This document shows positions 17,533 to 27,723 of a stretch of DNA of 64,000 nt, one piece after another. Below the pieces are notes generated by a model. That model worked only from the letters and a program-made list of their open reading frames with translations. It had not been told where the DNA came from and did no database searches. Both the position numbers and the translations under genes were made by a program. Origin of the DNA: Nitrososphaerota archaeon (lineage in GTDB: Archaea; Thermoproteota; Nitrososphaeria; PSMU01); contig PSMU01000002.1 of NCBI GenBank assembly GCA_040290255.1, positions 192,001 through 256,000 of the forward strand, given 5' to 3'. Every line of letters begins with the position of its first letter. Position 1 is the stretch's first letter.

Positions 17533-18771
17533 TTGAGGTTTTCTATCCCTCCCTCGCTCTGCCTGGCCTGCCGGGGGGCCAAGCTGCTCTGCGGCCTGGC
17601 CTTCTGTCCCATAATCCTAGAACATAAGGCGAAGGCCAGCCGCCTCCCGCCCCTAAAGGAGCTCACGGGCTCCTCGCCTCCTTCCGTCTTCGTGGGCAGA
17701 TATGATTACCCAAAGGTCAGGGTGGGTGCCCTCGCGCCTCCTAGGCTCGGCGACACGAGCGAGCTGGACCTGCCGGAGCTCTGGACGGGCAGAAGGCTCG
17801 AAGAGGTGGTCGAGGCAAGAATAAGCCTGATAGGCGGCTTCAGGAGGCTGCCGGTGCAGGTGGCCAGGGAGCCCGACCGCTACCTGCAGGGCCTGCAGCT
17901 GCTCTCGATGAGCGAGAGCTCCGTTCCGCTCTATATGACTTTCGAGCGCCTTGTAAGGGCCCGGCCCACGTTCGACGAGCATCATGCCCCCTTTGGGCCC
18001 TCAGCGCTGCTACAGCGGCTCTCCTTTGAGGAGGAGCCCAAGCCGCTCGGCCATCTAGAGAAGGCCTATTATGACCTGGACCTAAGGGCGGAGGAGGCCG
18101 TAGTTCTTCTGTATTCGGCCGGCCTCTCCATCTACGCAATCCAGAGGGCCTTTAGCCTGGGCTGCTTCGGAAGCGGCAGGGCCAGGAGGCTCGTGCCCAC
18201 GCGCTGGAGCATAACGGCCGTGGACGACATGCTCTCCCAGCATAACATAGCCCTGCTGAAGAAGATGCCGGAGCTGGACAAGCCGAGGGTCTTCGTAAGA
18301 AGGGCGCACCTCAATACCTTTGTGGCCATCCTGCTGCCCAAGAAGTGGGCCTTTGAGTGGATAGAGGCCTGGTTCCCGAGGACCACCTGGAACCTTCAGC
18401 GCTCGGGTGCGCCGGAGCTCATGGGGGACTATGAGCCCTTCAGGGGCAGAACCGAGTATGCGCGCGTGGGGGGCTGCTACTATTCCTCCCGCCTTGCCGT
18501 CACGGAATATCTGTTGGGAATAGGCAGGCAGGCCTCGGCCGTCCTGCTCAGGGAGATCCACCCCGGCTTCAGGCTGCCGCTGGGCGTCTGGTTCGTAAGG
18601 GAGAACCTAAGGGAGATGTTCAGGGGCGGCTTCCGTGAGTTGGAGTCCGAGGAGGAAGCCGTACGCTATGCGCTCTCTAACCTAACGGTGCCCCACGGTC
18701 GGTGGCTGGCCTGCAGCAGGCTCTTGCGCCTGGCCATGGTGAACAAAACTTTACTGGACTTCGCGAGCTAG
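17533..18771 (+). CDS. nreA: Nre family DNA repair protein
   Basis: CLACRG..LCG..CP Zn motif, GSSPPSVFVGR..YPKV, RRLVPTRWSITAVD, C-terminal PIP-like KTLLDF; start uncertain. Confidence 0.92.
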   Translation: MRFSIPPSLCLACRGAKLLCGLAFCPIILEHKAKASRLPPLKELTGSSPPSVFVGRYDYPKVRVGALAPPRLGDTSELDLPELWTGRRLEEVVEARISLIGGFRRLPVQVAREPDRYLQGLQLLSMSESSVPLYMTFERLVRARPTFDEHHAPFGPSALLQRLSFEEEPKPLGHLEKAYYDLDLRAEEAVVLLYSAGLSIYAIQRAFSLGCFGSGRARRLVPTRWSITAVDDMLSQHNIALLKKMPELDKPRVFVRRAHLNTFVAILLPKKWAFEWIEAWFPRTTWNLQRSGAPELMGDYEPFRGRTEYARVGGCYYSSRLAVTEYLLGIGRQASAVLLREIHPGFRLPLGVWFVRENLREMFRGGFRELESEEEAVRYALSNLTVPHGRWLACSRLLRLAMVNKTLLDFAS

Positions 18772-18864
18772 GCCTTTCACGGCGTAGCCCGAGCTTAGAG
18801 CCCAAGCCTTTTAAGATGAGCCAGCAAGGCGGGCCCGCTTTGTCGCGCGCGGGGGGGCGAGCAG

Positions 18865-19188
18865 ATGGGAGTCCGTGAAGTAAAGGCGCTTTACGTAAAG
18901 AAGGTGCTCAAGCAGCTCGATGAGCTGCTGGAGGAGCTCGGCGCGGAGGAGAGGAAGGTGAGGATGCTGAGGAGGGAGGCACTTGAGTACGATAATCAGC
19001 TGCCCGGCGCGGTGCACCTTTACATCCGTTCCCTGGAGCGGGCGCTCGAAAGGGTGAGGAGGAGGTTAATGGACCTCCAGGGCAGCTGGCAGGGGCTCCT
19101 GCCCAGGCCTGACCGCCCTCTTCTGGCCGAGTGGCAGGCCCCCTTGGATGGCGAGGTTTTGCCCGATGACGAGCGGGAGGAACGATAA
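18865..19188 (+). CDS. Hypothetical coiled-coil protein
   Basis: Genome-typical codon usage; fills the gap between genes; charged helical sequence. Confidence 0.6.
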   Translation: MGVREVKALYVKKVLKQLDELLEELGAEERKVRMLRREALEYDNQLPGAVHLYIRSLERALERVRRRLMDLQGSWQGLLPRPDRPLLAEWQAPLDGEVLPDDEREER

Positions 19189-19243
19189 CCGGCGCTTGCT
19201 CCGGCCTTGAAGTCTTATATAACGGCGTTATAGCCTCGTAAGC

Positions 19244-19990
19244 GTGGGCGCCGATCTTGTTTACTCCGCATGGCTGGGCTTTCTGGCGGGGCTCCTGCCC
19301 GTCTACCTGGGCCTTTTGGCACTTCCAGCCTTCAGGGCGGCCTCGGAGAGGCGGCGAAGGCTCCTGCTTGGCTTCACGATAGGCATCCTGCTCTTCCTCT
19401 TTGCGGACGTCACGCATGAAGCCCTACAGGGGGCCCAGGCCTCTGCTCCTGGCCCTCTCGTCTACTCCTTAGCCCTGCTCGCTGGCCTTCTGGCGCCGAT
19501 GGCCGTGGCGGGGGCAAGCCAGACCTCCAGGCATGCCGAGGGCGTCAGGGAGAGGGGCGTGCTGACGGCCTACTTGGTGGCGCTGGGCATAGGACTACAT
19601 AACTTTGGCGAAGGCCTCGCGATAGGGGCCGCGTATACGGCCGGCCAGCTCGCGCTTACGACGCTGCTCGTCATAGGCTTCGCGCTGCACAACGGCACGG
19701 AGGGCATGGGCATAGCGGGGCCCATGGTGGGGGCCAAGGTCTCGGCGCGCGACCCCGTTCTTATGGGCTTTGTGGCGGGCGCGCCCACCATCTTGGGCAG
19801 CGTCGTGGGAAGCCTGGCCTTCTCCACGCTTTTGGCGGTGGCCTTCTTCTCGGCCGCCTCCGGCGCCATACTTTATGTCGTGATAGAGCTGGCCAGGCTG
19901 GCCTATCAAAGGCCCACGGCCGCCGATGTCCTGAGCACGGCCTTGGGCATACTGCTCATGTTTGGCACGGGCCTTCTCCTACAGCTTTAG
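19244..19990 (+). CDS. ZIP family metal transporter
   Basis: GLHNFGEGLAIG and LHNGTEG. Confidence 0.93.
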   Translation: MGADLVYSAWLGFLAGLLPVYLGLLALPAFRAASERRRRLLLGFTIGILLFLFADVTHEALQGAQASAPGPLVYSLALLAGLLAPMAVAGASQTSRHAEGVRERGVLTAYLVALGIGLHNFGEGLAIGAAYTAGQLALTTLLVIGFALHNGTEGMGIAGPMVGAKVSARDPVLMGFVAGAPTILGSVVGSLAFSTLLAVAFFSAASGAILYVVIELARLAYQRPTAADVLSTALGILLMFGTGLLLQL

Positions 19991-20029
19991 GCGATTAGCT
20001 TTTTTTACCGCCCCCTGGCGCCAAGGCCG

Positions 20030-20362
20030 TTGCCGGAGAAGGTAACGCATGACGAGTTCAAGCGGCTGGATATAAGGGTCGTAGCCGTCGTGAGGGCAGA
20101 GCGCATACCGGGCAGGACGAAGATCCTGAAGGCCCTTATCGATATAGGCAACAACGAGGTGCGAGAGGTCGTCGTGGGCGGCGCGGAGCACTACCAGCCC
20201 GAGTACTTTGTAGGCAAGAAGATGATCGCGGTCGTGAACTTGGAGGAGAGGGTCATCGCAGGCGTAAGGAGCCAGGCGATGCTGCTGGCGGCCGATGATA
20301 AGGGCAGGCCCGTATGGCTCATGCCCGCGGAGGATGTGCCCGCCGGCGCGAAGGTGCTTTAG
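20030..20362 (+). CDS. tRNA-binding OB-fold protein (Trbp111/CsaA/MetRS C-terminal-like)
   Basis: FKRLDIRV, VVNLEER.IAGVRSQAMLLAA, PAGAKV. Confidence 0.92.
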   Translation: MPEKVTHDEFKRLDIRVVAVVRAERIPGRTKILKALIDIGNNEVREVVVGGAEHYQPEYFVGKKMIAVVNLEERVIAGVRSQAMLLAADDKGRPVWLMPAEDVPAGAKVL

Positions 20363-20373
20363 CCGCGAAGGGC

Positions 20374-20814
20374 ATGCCGGCCCGCGCGACGGCGAAGGGC
20401 TATAGGCCACTGGAGCATACCACGGACGCCTACTGGGAGGCCTATGGCAGGAGCCTGGAGGAGGTCTTCGAGGCCGCCGCCCTGGCCCTGATGGACACCA
20501 TTTTGGATGTGAAGCGAGTTGAGCCCCTGCTCGAGGTAAGGCTCGAGGCCAGCGGCTTCGACCTAGAGAGCCTGCTCTACAGCTGGCTGGAGGGTGTGTT
20601 GCTGAAGCTCGTCGTGGACAAGCTCGCGCTGTGCAGGTTTGAGCCCTCCATCATACGCCAAGGGGAGCTGCAGCTCAAGGCAAAGGCCCGTGGCGAGCCC
20701 TTTGATTCGCGCAAGCACGGCTATAAGGTCGAGGTCAAGGCGGTCACCTATCACCGAATGGAGGTCTTCCAAGAGGGGGGCCTCTGGTATGCGAGGTTCG
20801 TCTTGGACCTCTAG
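20374..20814 (+). CDS. Archease
   Basis: EHTTD, AYGRSLEEVF, EVKAVTYH, C-terminal LDL. Confidence 0.95.
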   Translation: MPARATAKGYRPLEHTTDAYWEAYGRSLEEVFEAAALALMDTILDVKRVEPLLEVRLEASGFDLESLLYSWLEGVLLKLVVDKLALCRFEPSIIRQGELQLKAKARGEPFDSRKHGYKVEVKAVTYHRMEVFQEGGLWYARFVLDL

Positions 20815-20861
20815 GCCCTCAAGGCTTAAATAAAGGCCCCCGATGCTCGCCCCGAGAGCCT

Positions 20862-23759
20862 ATTGCTAGCTCCACCATCAGCTGGCAGGAGATAGAGGCT
20901 AAGTGGCAGAGGGCCTGGTCCTCCTCTAGGCTCTTCGAAGTCAACCCCGCGCCGGGGAAGGAAAAATACTTCGTGACGATCGCTTACCCATATCCCGAGT
21001 CGCCCTTTCATATAGGCCACGCGAGGACGTATACGATGGGCGACATAAGGGCGAGGTATATGCGCATGAAGGGGAAGACCACGCTCCTTTCCTTGGGCTT
21101 TCACTACACGGGTACGCCGATCCTGGCCATGGCTAGGAGAATTCAGAAGGGGGATGAGGAGGCCATAAGGCTGTACAGGGAGCTCTTCCAGATACCGCAG
21201 GAGGTGGTGGCCAAGTTCAACGACCCGCTCTACATCGCGAACTACTTCAGGGAGGACATGCGGCGTGCGTGCGAGGAGATGGGCTACTCTATGGACTGGC
21301 GCAGGACCTTCACGACGATAGACCCCTGCTACAGCAAGATGATAGAGTGGCAGTTCAGGAGGTTGCGGGCCCTGGGGCTCATCAAACAGGGCACATATCC
21401 GGTGGGATGGTGTCCCGTGGATAGGAATCCGATGGGCATGCATGACACCAGGGGCGACGTGGACCCCGAGATAGGGGAGTTTGTCACGATAAAGTTCCGC
21501 GATGAGCAAGGCGCCATCTTCGCTACGGCCACGCTCAGGCCAGAAACGGTCTACGGCGTCACGAACCTCTGGATTAACCCGCGCGCTACATACGTGAAGG
21601 CAAGGGTGGGCGCGGAGGTCTGGGTCATGGCCAGGCCGGCCGCCGAAAGGCTCAGCCATCAGCTGGACATCGCCATCGAGGATGAGGTGCCCTTGGCCTC
21701 GCTGCTGGGCAGGAGGGTCCGCAATCCGATTACGAACGCTTGGGTACCCGTGTTGCCGGCTGAGTTCGTCCTGCCCGACCACGGCACGGGCGTGGTCATG
21801 TCGGTGCCCGCCCATTCCCCCGACGACTACCTGGCCCTGCTGGAGGCCAAGGCAAAGCGGGCCGATGGCGCTGGCGCAGAGCTGCGGCCCATAGGCGTCA
21901 TCAGGCTCGAGGGGTATGGCGAGGCGCCCGCAAGGGATGCCGTGGAAAGGGCGGGCATAAGGAGCTCCTTGGACCCTCGGCTCAAGCAGGTGACGGCGGA
22001 GCTCTACTCCGAGGAGTATAACAGGGGCGTGATGAACGAGCGCACGCCCCTGGCCGGCCTCCCCGTAAGGGAGGCGAGGGAGAGGGTGAAGCGGGAGCTT
22101 GCGAAGGCGGGGGCCTCGGCGACGGTATATGAGCTGATGAACAAGCCCGTCTTCTGCAGGTGCGGCGCTGAGATCGTTGTCAAGCTGCTGAAGGACCAGT
22201 GGTTCATCGACTATGCGAACCCCGCCTGGAAGGAGAAGGCGCGAGAGGCCCTGAACTCGATGCAGATCCTTCCAGAAGGCTACCGAGCGTACTACGAACA
22301 CACGATAGGCTGGCTCAGGGAAAAACCCTGCGCAAGAAGCAGCGGCCTGGGCACCCCGCTGCCCTGGGACAGGAACTGGATAGTGGAGTCCCTCTCCGAC
22401 TCCACCATCTATATGGCCTACTACATTATAGCGAGGTACGTGAATTCGGGCCAGCTGAAGCCCGAGCACCTTAGCGAGGCCTTCTTCGACTTCGTCTTTC
22501 TGGGCCGGGGCGAGGCCCGGGAGGTGGCGCGGGCCACCGGGCTTCCGGCCGAGCTCCTGTTACAAATAAGACAGGAGTTCGAATACTTCTATCCCGTCGA
22601 TAGCAGGCACTCGGCTCATGAGCTCATACCCAACCACCTGACCTTCTTCATCTTCAACCACGTCGCGCTCTTCGAGCGCAAGCACTGGCCAAGGGCGATA
22701 GTGACCAACGGGCACGTGCTCATGAAGGGGCAGAAGATGTCCAAGTCGCTCGGCAACATAATACCGCTCAGGCAAGCGATAAGGCGCTACGGCGCGGATC
22801 CGATAAGGATCGCGGTGACCGCCTCGGCCGACCTGGCCTCGGACGCGGACATCAGCCTCGAAAGGGTGAGGGAATACGCCTCCAAGCTCGAAGCGCTGTA
22901 CGCCTTTGCCAAGGCTCTGACGGCCCAGCCGCTCCCCTCGCCGCGTGAGGTGACCTTGGACCTCGAGGAGAGATGGCTCCTGAGCATGGTTCAGGCCAGG
23001 GCGAGGGCGGCCACGGAGGCCATTGAAAAAATGGACGTGAAGGGCCTTGTGCTTCAGGCGCTCTTCCTGATGGAACAAGATATCCAGTGGTACCTTGAGT
23101 TCTGCAAGGCCAGGGGGAAGGGAAGCGACGACGCTCGTGTCAGGGCGGCGCTCGGACAGCTGCTCGATGCCAGGGTTAGGCTGCTCGCTCCCGTGACCCC
23201 TCATCTATGCGAGGAGATATGGGCCCTGATGGGGAAAGAGGGCTATGTCTCCGTGGCGCCCTGGCCCGAACCCGAAGTGGAGCTCATAGATGAAGGGGCT
23301 CTGGAGGCGATGGGGATGTTACAGGCCCTGGTTCAGGACCTACAGGCCCTTTCCAGGCGCAGGAGCATAAAGGGCAAGAGGCTGACGCTCTACGTGGCTG
23401 CCCAGTGGAAGAGGGAGCTCTACTCACGCGTGCTCAGGGGCCTCACGATGGGCGGAAGGCCCGATGAGGTGATACGAGCTGCCCTGGAGGGCATGGGCGG
23501 GGAGCTCAAGGGAGCGCCCGAAGTGGCCAAGAAGATGGCCGAGCTTATCCTGCGCGACCCTCCCGACGTGAGGCAGAGAAGGCTCAGGCTGCAGGACTTC
23601 GATGAAAAGGCCTGGCTGAAGTATGCGGCGCCCTTCATAAAGCAGAGGGCGGGCGCGGCGGAGGTGCTGGTCTATTGCGAAGAGGAGGCGGAGGGCCGCG
23701 ACCCGCTGGGCAGGTCGAAGCTCTCGCTGCCCTTCAGGCCCGGCATCTACTCAGAGTAA
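20862..23759 (+). CDS. leuS: Leucine--tRNA ligase (archaeal/eukaryotic type); start apparently non-canonical
   Basis: HIGH, ATLRPET, GTGVVMSVPAH, KMSKS. The conserved ISWQEIEAKWQRAW..FEVNP is in frame upstream of the ORF-track GTG at 20973. Confidence 0.95.
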   Translation: MASSTISWQEIEAKWQRAWSSSRLFEVNPAPGKEKYFVTIAYPYPESPFHIGHARTYTMGDIRARYMRMKGKTTLLSLGFHYTGTPILAMARRIQKGDEEAIRLYRELFQIPQEVVAKFNDPLYIANYFREDMRRACEEMGYSMDWRRTFTTIDPCYSKMIEWQFRRLRALGLIKQGTYPVGWCPVDRNPMGMHDTRGDVDPEIGEFVTIKFRDEQGAIFATATLRPETVYGVTNLWINPRATYVKARVGAEVWVMARPAAERLSHQLDIAIEDEVPLASLLGRRVRNPITNAWVPVLPAEFVLPDHGTGVVMSVPAHSPDDYLALLEAKAKRADGAGAELRPIGVIRLEGYGEAPARDAVERAGIRSSLDPRLKQVTAELYSEEYNRGVMNERTPLAGLPVREARERVKRELAKAGASATVYELMNKPVFCRCGAEIVVKLLKDQWFIDYANPAWKEKAREALNSMQILPEGYRAYYEHTIGWLREKPCARSSGLGTPLPWDRNWIVESLSDSTIYMAYYIIARYVNSGQLKPEHLSEAFFDFVFLGRGEAREVARATGLPAELLLQIRQEFEYFYPVDSRHSAHELIPNHLTFFIFNHVALFERKHWPRAIVTNGHVLMKGQKMSKSLGNIIPLRQAIRRYGADPIRIAVTASADLASDADISLERVREYASKLEALYAFAKALTAQPLPSPREVTLDLEERWLLSMVQARARAATEAIEKMDVKGLVLQALFLMEQDIQWYLEFCKARGKGSDDARVRAALGQLLDARVRLLAPVTPHLCEEIWALMGKEGYVSVAPWPEPEVELIDEGALEAMGMLQALVQDLQALSRRRSIKGKRLTLYVAAQWKRELYSRVLRGLTMGGRPDEVIRAALEGMGGELKGAPEVAKKMAELILRDPPDVRQRRLRLQDFDEKAWLKYAAPFIKQRAGAAEVLVYCEEEAEGRDPLGRSKLSLPFRPGIYSE

Positions 23760-23803
23760 AGCTCATCAGCGGCCCCTGCCGCCTTAAATGCCAGGTGAAC
23801 CAT

Positions 23804-26704
23804 GTGGGAAGTGCCCTTGAGCTGCTAAGCCCCCTTTTAAGGGCCGCCGTGGCCGAGAGAGGCTTTGAGGCGCTCAGCAGGCCGCAGGAGGAGGCCATCC
23901 CCTGGATCCTAGCGGGCGAAAACGTGCTGCTAGTAGCGCCGACCGGCACGGGGAAGACCGAGGCCGCCCTCCTGCCCATCCTCGACCTTCTGCTGATGGC
24001 GAAACAGAAGGGAGAGGCGGCCAGGGTGCTGTACATCACGCCCCTTCGGGCCCTTAACAGGGACCTGCTGGACAGGGTCGGCTGGTGGTGCAGGAAGCTG
24101 GACCTGCGCCTGGCCATAAGGCATGGCGACACGCCGGTGAACGAGAGAAGGCTGCAGAGCCTTGCCCCGCCCGATATCCTAATTACGACTCCTGAAACGC
24201 TTCAGGTGCTGCTAGTCGGAAGGAGGCTGCGCAGGCAGCTGGCCAGCATAAGGTGGGTCATCGTCGACGAGATACATGAGCTGGCGACCGACAAGAGGGG
24301 GGCACAGCTCTCCATAGCCCTCGAGAGGCTGGAGCTCATAACCGGCCGGCCCTTTCAGAGAATCGGGCTCTCGGCCACGGTGGGGTCGCCGGAGAAGGTG
24401 GCCAGCCTGTTGGCGGGCACGGGCCGAAGGTGTAGGGTCGTTAGGGCCGAGGCGCTGAAGGCCCTCTCCCTATGGGTGGAGTGTCCTGAGCCCAGGGCCG
24501 AGCATGTCAGGTTAGCCCAGAGCGTGCTCTTCACCTATCCTGAGGTGGCGGCGCGCGTGGCGAGGATGAAGGAGCTCCTGGACTCCCACAGCTCGGCCCT
24601 GATCTTCACCAACACCAGGAGCGAGGCGGAGGCGCTGGGCAGCCGGTTCAGGCTTCTTGACATCAACTATCCGGTGGCCGTGCATCACAGCTCGCTCTCG
24701 CGGGCCACACGGTTGGCCGTGGAGGAGGGCCTGAAGGAGGGCCGCCTTAAGGGCGTCATCTGCACGAGCAGCCTGGAGATGGGCATCGACATAGGGCCCG
24801 TGGAGCTAGTCATCCAGTATGGCTCGCCCAGGCAGGTGGTCAGGCTCGTGCAGAGGGCGGGGAGGAGCGGCCACCGGCTGGGCCAGGTCTCCAGGGGCAC
24901 CATAATAGCGCTCGACGCCGAGGATGCGCTAGAATCGATGATAATCGCGAAGCGCGCCCTACAGGGCTCGTTGGAGGAGACGCTGATCCCAGAGGCCCCC
25001 TATGATGCGCTGGCCCACCAGCTGGCGGGCCTCATCATCGAATATGGCGAGATGGGCTTTGAAGAGCTCTACCGCATAGTTACGGCGGCATATCCCTACA
25101 GAAACCTTGCCAGGGAGGAGCTGGCCGCCCTCCTCTCCTACCTCTCCAGCCGAAGGCCTCCGGTGCTTCACTATGACAGGAGGAGAGAGAGGGTCCTGAG
25201 GCCGCTCAATCAGAAGGCGCTCTTCGAATACTACTTCGAAAACCTCACGATGATCCCTGAGCAGCGCCAGTTCCTCGTCGTCGACCAAGCAGATAAGCCC
25301 ATAGGCGTCCTGGATGAGCTCTTTGTGATCGAGAAGGGCACGCCGGGCACCCGCTTCGTCGAGGCGGGGCAGGTCTGGAGGATAAGGGCCGTCACGGAGC
25401 GGGAGGTGGTCGTGGAGCCCTATGACGACCCAATGGGCGCCATTCCCACCTGGATCGGTGACGAGATCCCCGTGCCGATGGACGTAGCATGGGAGGTGGC
25501 CGAGCTAAGGAAGCGCGCCGCCGCCCTGGCCTCCGAAGGCCTACCTCTGGAGCGAGTCGCCGAGAGGCTTGTGCGGGAATATCCCACAGATCTAGGCACG
25601 ATGGAGAGGTGCCTGGCCCCCATCCTAGAACATGCGAAACAGTTGCCGGTCCCCGGCCCCCTGGAGTTGGCGCTCGAGGGGAAGGAAGAGCAGGTTATAC
25701 TGCATGCCTGCTATGGATCGCTCGTGAACAACCTGCTGGCCCATTGCCTGGCCTACCTGCTCAGCGCGGAGACGGGAGGCAAGGTGCAGCTCCTGGTGGA
25801 CCCCTACAGGATAGCCCTATCCGGCCCTGGCGTGGACAGGGGGAGAGTCTTGGCCGCCCTGGAACGGCTTAAACGCGAGGATCTTGGCCCGCTGGCAAGG
25901 AGCGCCTTTGCCGACAGCGGGGCCTTCAGGAAGAGGTTCGTGCAGGTGGCCCAGAAGATGGGCGTCATCGCTAAGGACTCAAGGCTTGACCCTTCCCTTC
26001 TCTCCTCGCTCATCGATTCGCTCAGGGGCACGCCGGTGTACGAAGAGGCCCTGAGGACGACGCTCAGGGAAGATGCGGATGTGGAGGGCCTTGATAGGGT
26101 CCTCGACCTGCTGAGGCAGGGGAAGATCGAGCTCTTGGAACTAAGGCCGAGGGAGGGCCTCTCGCCCCTCGCCAGGCTGGGGCTGGAGAGGATGAGCATG
26201 AAGCTCGACATAGTGCGTGGCGAGAGGCTGAAGGCCCTGCTGATAAACGCCGTGAGGAGCAGGCTGCTCTCCGAAGGTCGGACCTTCGCCTGCGCTAACT
26301 GCTGGTCCTTCACAAGGGCCATGAGGGTGCTTGACTATTGGTCCCAGCCGACCTGTCCCAGCTGCTCCTCGAGGAAGCTGGGCATGTGCAACGAGCCACC
26401 GGAGATGGTGGAGGCGCTCGCCTCGAGGCTTCGTTTGGGCCTGGCGCCGAGGCAGGAGCAGGAACAGCTGCTCAAGAGGATAATGGCCTCGTCGTCGCTG
26501 CTGGAGCGCTATGGCATCTCCGCCGCCCTGGTGCTCGTGGCCAAGGGCGTTACGGTCAGGGAGGCCGAGAAGGTGCTGGAGCAGGTGCACGAAGTGGGGG
26601 AAGCGCTCATCGTGAAGGTCATCGAGCTCGAAAGGAGGAGATTGAGGTTCGTGGCGGCGAGGCCCAGCTCTTCGCCCAGGGCCCCCGCTGCTCAGCGCTT
26701 GTAG
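23804..26704 (+). CDS. lhr: Lhr-family SF2 helicase with C-terminal Cys4 zinc ribbon
   Basis: APTGTGKT, ITPLRALNRD, TTPET, DEIH, SAT, QRAGRSGH, CANC..CPSC; start uncertain (23795 or 23804). Confidence 0.92.
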   Translation: MGSALELLSPLLRAAVAERGFEALSRPQEEAIPWILAGENVLLVAPTGTGKTEAALLPILDLLLMAKQKGEAARVLYITPLRALNRDLLDRVGWWCRKLDLRLAIRHGDTPVNERRLQSLAPPDILITTPETLQVLLVGRRLRRQLASIRWVIVDEIHELATDKRGAQLSIALERLELITGRPFQRIGLSATVGSPEKVASLLAGTGRRCRVVRAEALKALSLWVECPEPRAEHVRLAQSVLFTYPEVAARVARMKELLDSHSSALIFTNTRSEAEALGSRFRLLDINYPVAVHHSSLSRATRLAVEEGLKEGRLKGVICTSSLEMGIDIGPVELVIQYGSPRQVVRLVQRAGRSGHRLGQVSRGTIIALDAEDALESMIIAKRALQGSLEETLIPEAPYDALAHQLAGLIIEYGEMGFEELYRIVTAAYPYRNLAREELAALLSYLSSRRPPVLHYDRRRERVLRPLNQKALFEYYFENLTMIPEQRQFLVVDQADKPIGVLDELFVIEKGTPGTRFVEAGQVWRIRAVTEREVVVEPYDDPMGAIPTWIGDEIPVPMDVAWEVAELRKRAAALASEGLPLERVAERLVREYPTDLGTMERCLAPILEHAKQLPVPGPLELALEGKEEQVILHACYGSLVNNLLAHCLAYLLSAETGGKVQLLVDPYRIALSGPGVDRGRVLAALERLKREDLGPLARSAFADSGAFRKRFVQVAQKMGVIAKDSRLDPSLLSSLIDSLRGTPVYEEALRTTLREDADVEGLDRVLDLLRQGKIELLELRPREGLSPLARLGLERMSMKLDIVRGERLKALLINAVRSRLLSEGRTFACANCWSFTRAMRVLDYWSQPTCPSCSSRKLGMCNEPPEMVEALASRLRLGLAPRQEQEQLLKRIMASSSLLERYGISAALVLVAKGVTVREAEKVLEQVHEVGEALIVKVIELERRRLRFVAARPSSSPRAPAAQRL

Positions 26705-26922
26705 ATTTTTATGATGGTGCGGCCTCCCTCGGCGCTCTCCTCGAACGTGAGCCCCTTCCTTTCACAGATGCCCCTGACCGTCGAGGCCTCGCGCGGATCG
26801 GAGAGCCTGGCCTCTATGATATCGCCCGGTGCCGCGTACTGAAGCGTGGCCAGAAGCCTTATGACGGGCGTATCCGTGCAGGACTCGCCTCTTTCGGAGA
26901 AGTCTATGACGTGCACCGCCAC
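26692..26922 (-). CDS. TusA/SirA-like small protein (atypical)
   Basis: VIDF..SCTDTPVIRL..PGDIIEARLSDP..IKIYK follows the SirA fold pattern, with C-T-D-T-P instead of CPxP. Confidence 0.7.
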   Translation of the reverse strand: MAVHVIDFSERGESCTDTPVIRLLATLQYAAPGDIIEARLSDPREASTVRGICERKGLTFEESAEGGRTIIKIYKR

Positions 26923-26989
26923 GCAGCTCGGGCACCCTCTAAGCATATATGCTTCATGGTAAAGCTTATAGAACCCATATAACGCCGTT

Positions 26990-27373
26990 ATGTCGTTGGC
27001 CCAGGAGGTCCACGTAGTCCTGCTCTCAAACGACCCAAACAGGGCCTATCCTGCCCTGAGCCTGGTGCTCGCGGCCAGGGCTCTCGGACACGATGTATCG
27101 CTCTACTGTGCCCAGCAGGGCCTTGATGTGGTCAGAAGGGATAAAGGGGGCGCGATAACGCTGCCGGGCTATCCTCCGCTGTCCAAGTTCGTTCAAGATG
27201 CGCTGCAGCTGGGCGCCTATATCTGCGCCTGCGCCCCCTCCAAGGAGATCCTGGAGGCCCAGGGCATAAGGCCGGAAACCGTCTATGAGGGGGTCAGGAT
27301 GGAGGATGCCGTCGCGTTCCTCTCGAGGGCGCTCAAGGCGGCCAAGGAGGGCGGCCTGGTGTTCTTCATATGA
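26990..27373 (+). CDS. DsrE/DsrF-like family protein
   Basis: RAYPAL..AARALGHDVSLYC..GL; ICACAPS. Confidence 0.85.
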   Translation: MSLAQEVHVVLLSNDPNRAYPALSLVLAARALGHDVSLYCAQQGLDVVRRDKGGAITLPGYPPLSKFVQDALQLGAYICACAPSKEILEAQGIRPETVYEGVRMEDAVAFLSRALKAAKEGGLVFFI

Positions 27374-27651
27374 GCGAGGTGGAGCTCGTCCTGCTTCGGG
27401 GCCCCCTGGACCTAGTGCGCGAGGAGGCCAGGAAGCACTTAGACGTGACGGGGCTCATCTGCCCCTATCCCGCGCTGGAGGTTTCGAAGGTTCTGCCTCA
27501 GGTCAACGAGGGCGAGGTGGTCGAGGTGGTTACCGACTCGGAGGTCTCCGCCACGAAATCCCTGCCGGTCATCCTCGACCGCCTAGGGTTCAGCTATGTC
27601 GTGTTTAAGCGGGAGGGCCTCTGGTATGTAAGGGCCGTCAAGAGGGGCTGA
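27370..27651 (+). CDS. tusA: Sulfur carrier TusA family protein
   Basis: LDVTGLICPYP, GEVVEVVTD. Confidence 0.9.
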   Translation: MSEVELVLLRGPLDLVREEARKHLDVTGLICPYPALEVSKVLPQVNEGEVVEVVTDSEVSATKSLPVILDRLGFSYVVFKREGLWYVRAVKRG

Positions 27652-27676
27652 GCCGAGCGGCTCAACGTGGGCGCAC

Positions 27677-27723
27677 GGGCAAAGGCCCTTGCCCATGCCC
27701 AAGAAAATTGGGCACATTTGTGC
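27677..27723. repeat. Three adjacent short inverted repeats upstream of the Rieske gene
   Basis: GGGCAA-N6-TTGCCC (27677-27694), TGCCCAA-N5-TTGGGCA (27696-27714), GCACA-TT-TGTGC (27712-27723). Confidence 0.6.

Noticed and set aside
20826-22469. 547-aa minus-strand ORF and many other long alternative-frame ORFs (e.g. 671-1432, 53473-54333)
   Set aside because: Antisense or off-frame shadows of well-supported genes, expected at high GC; no motifs.
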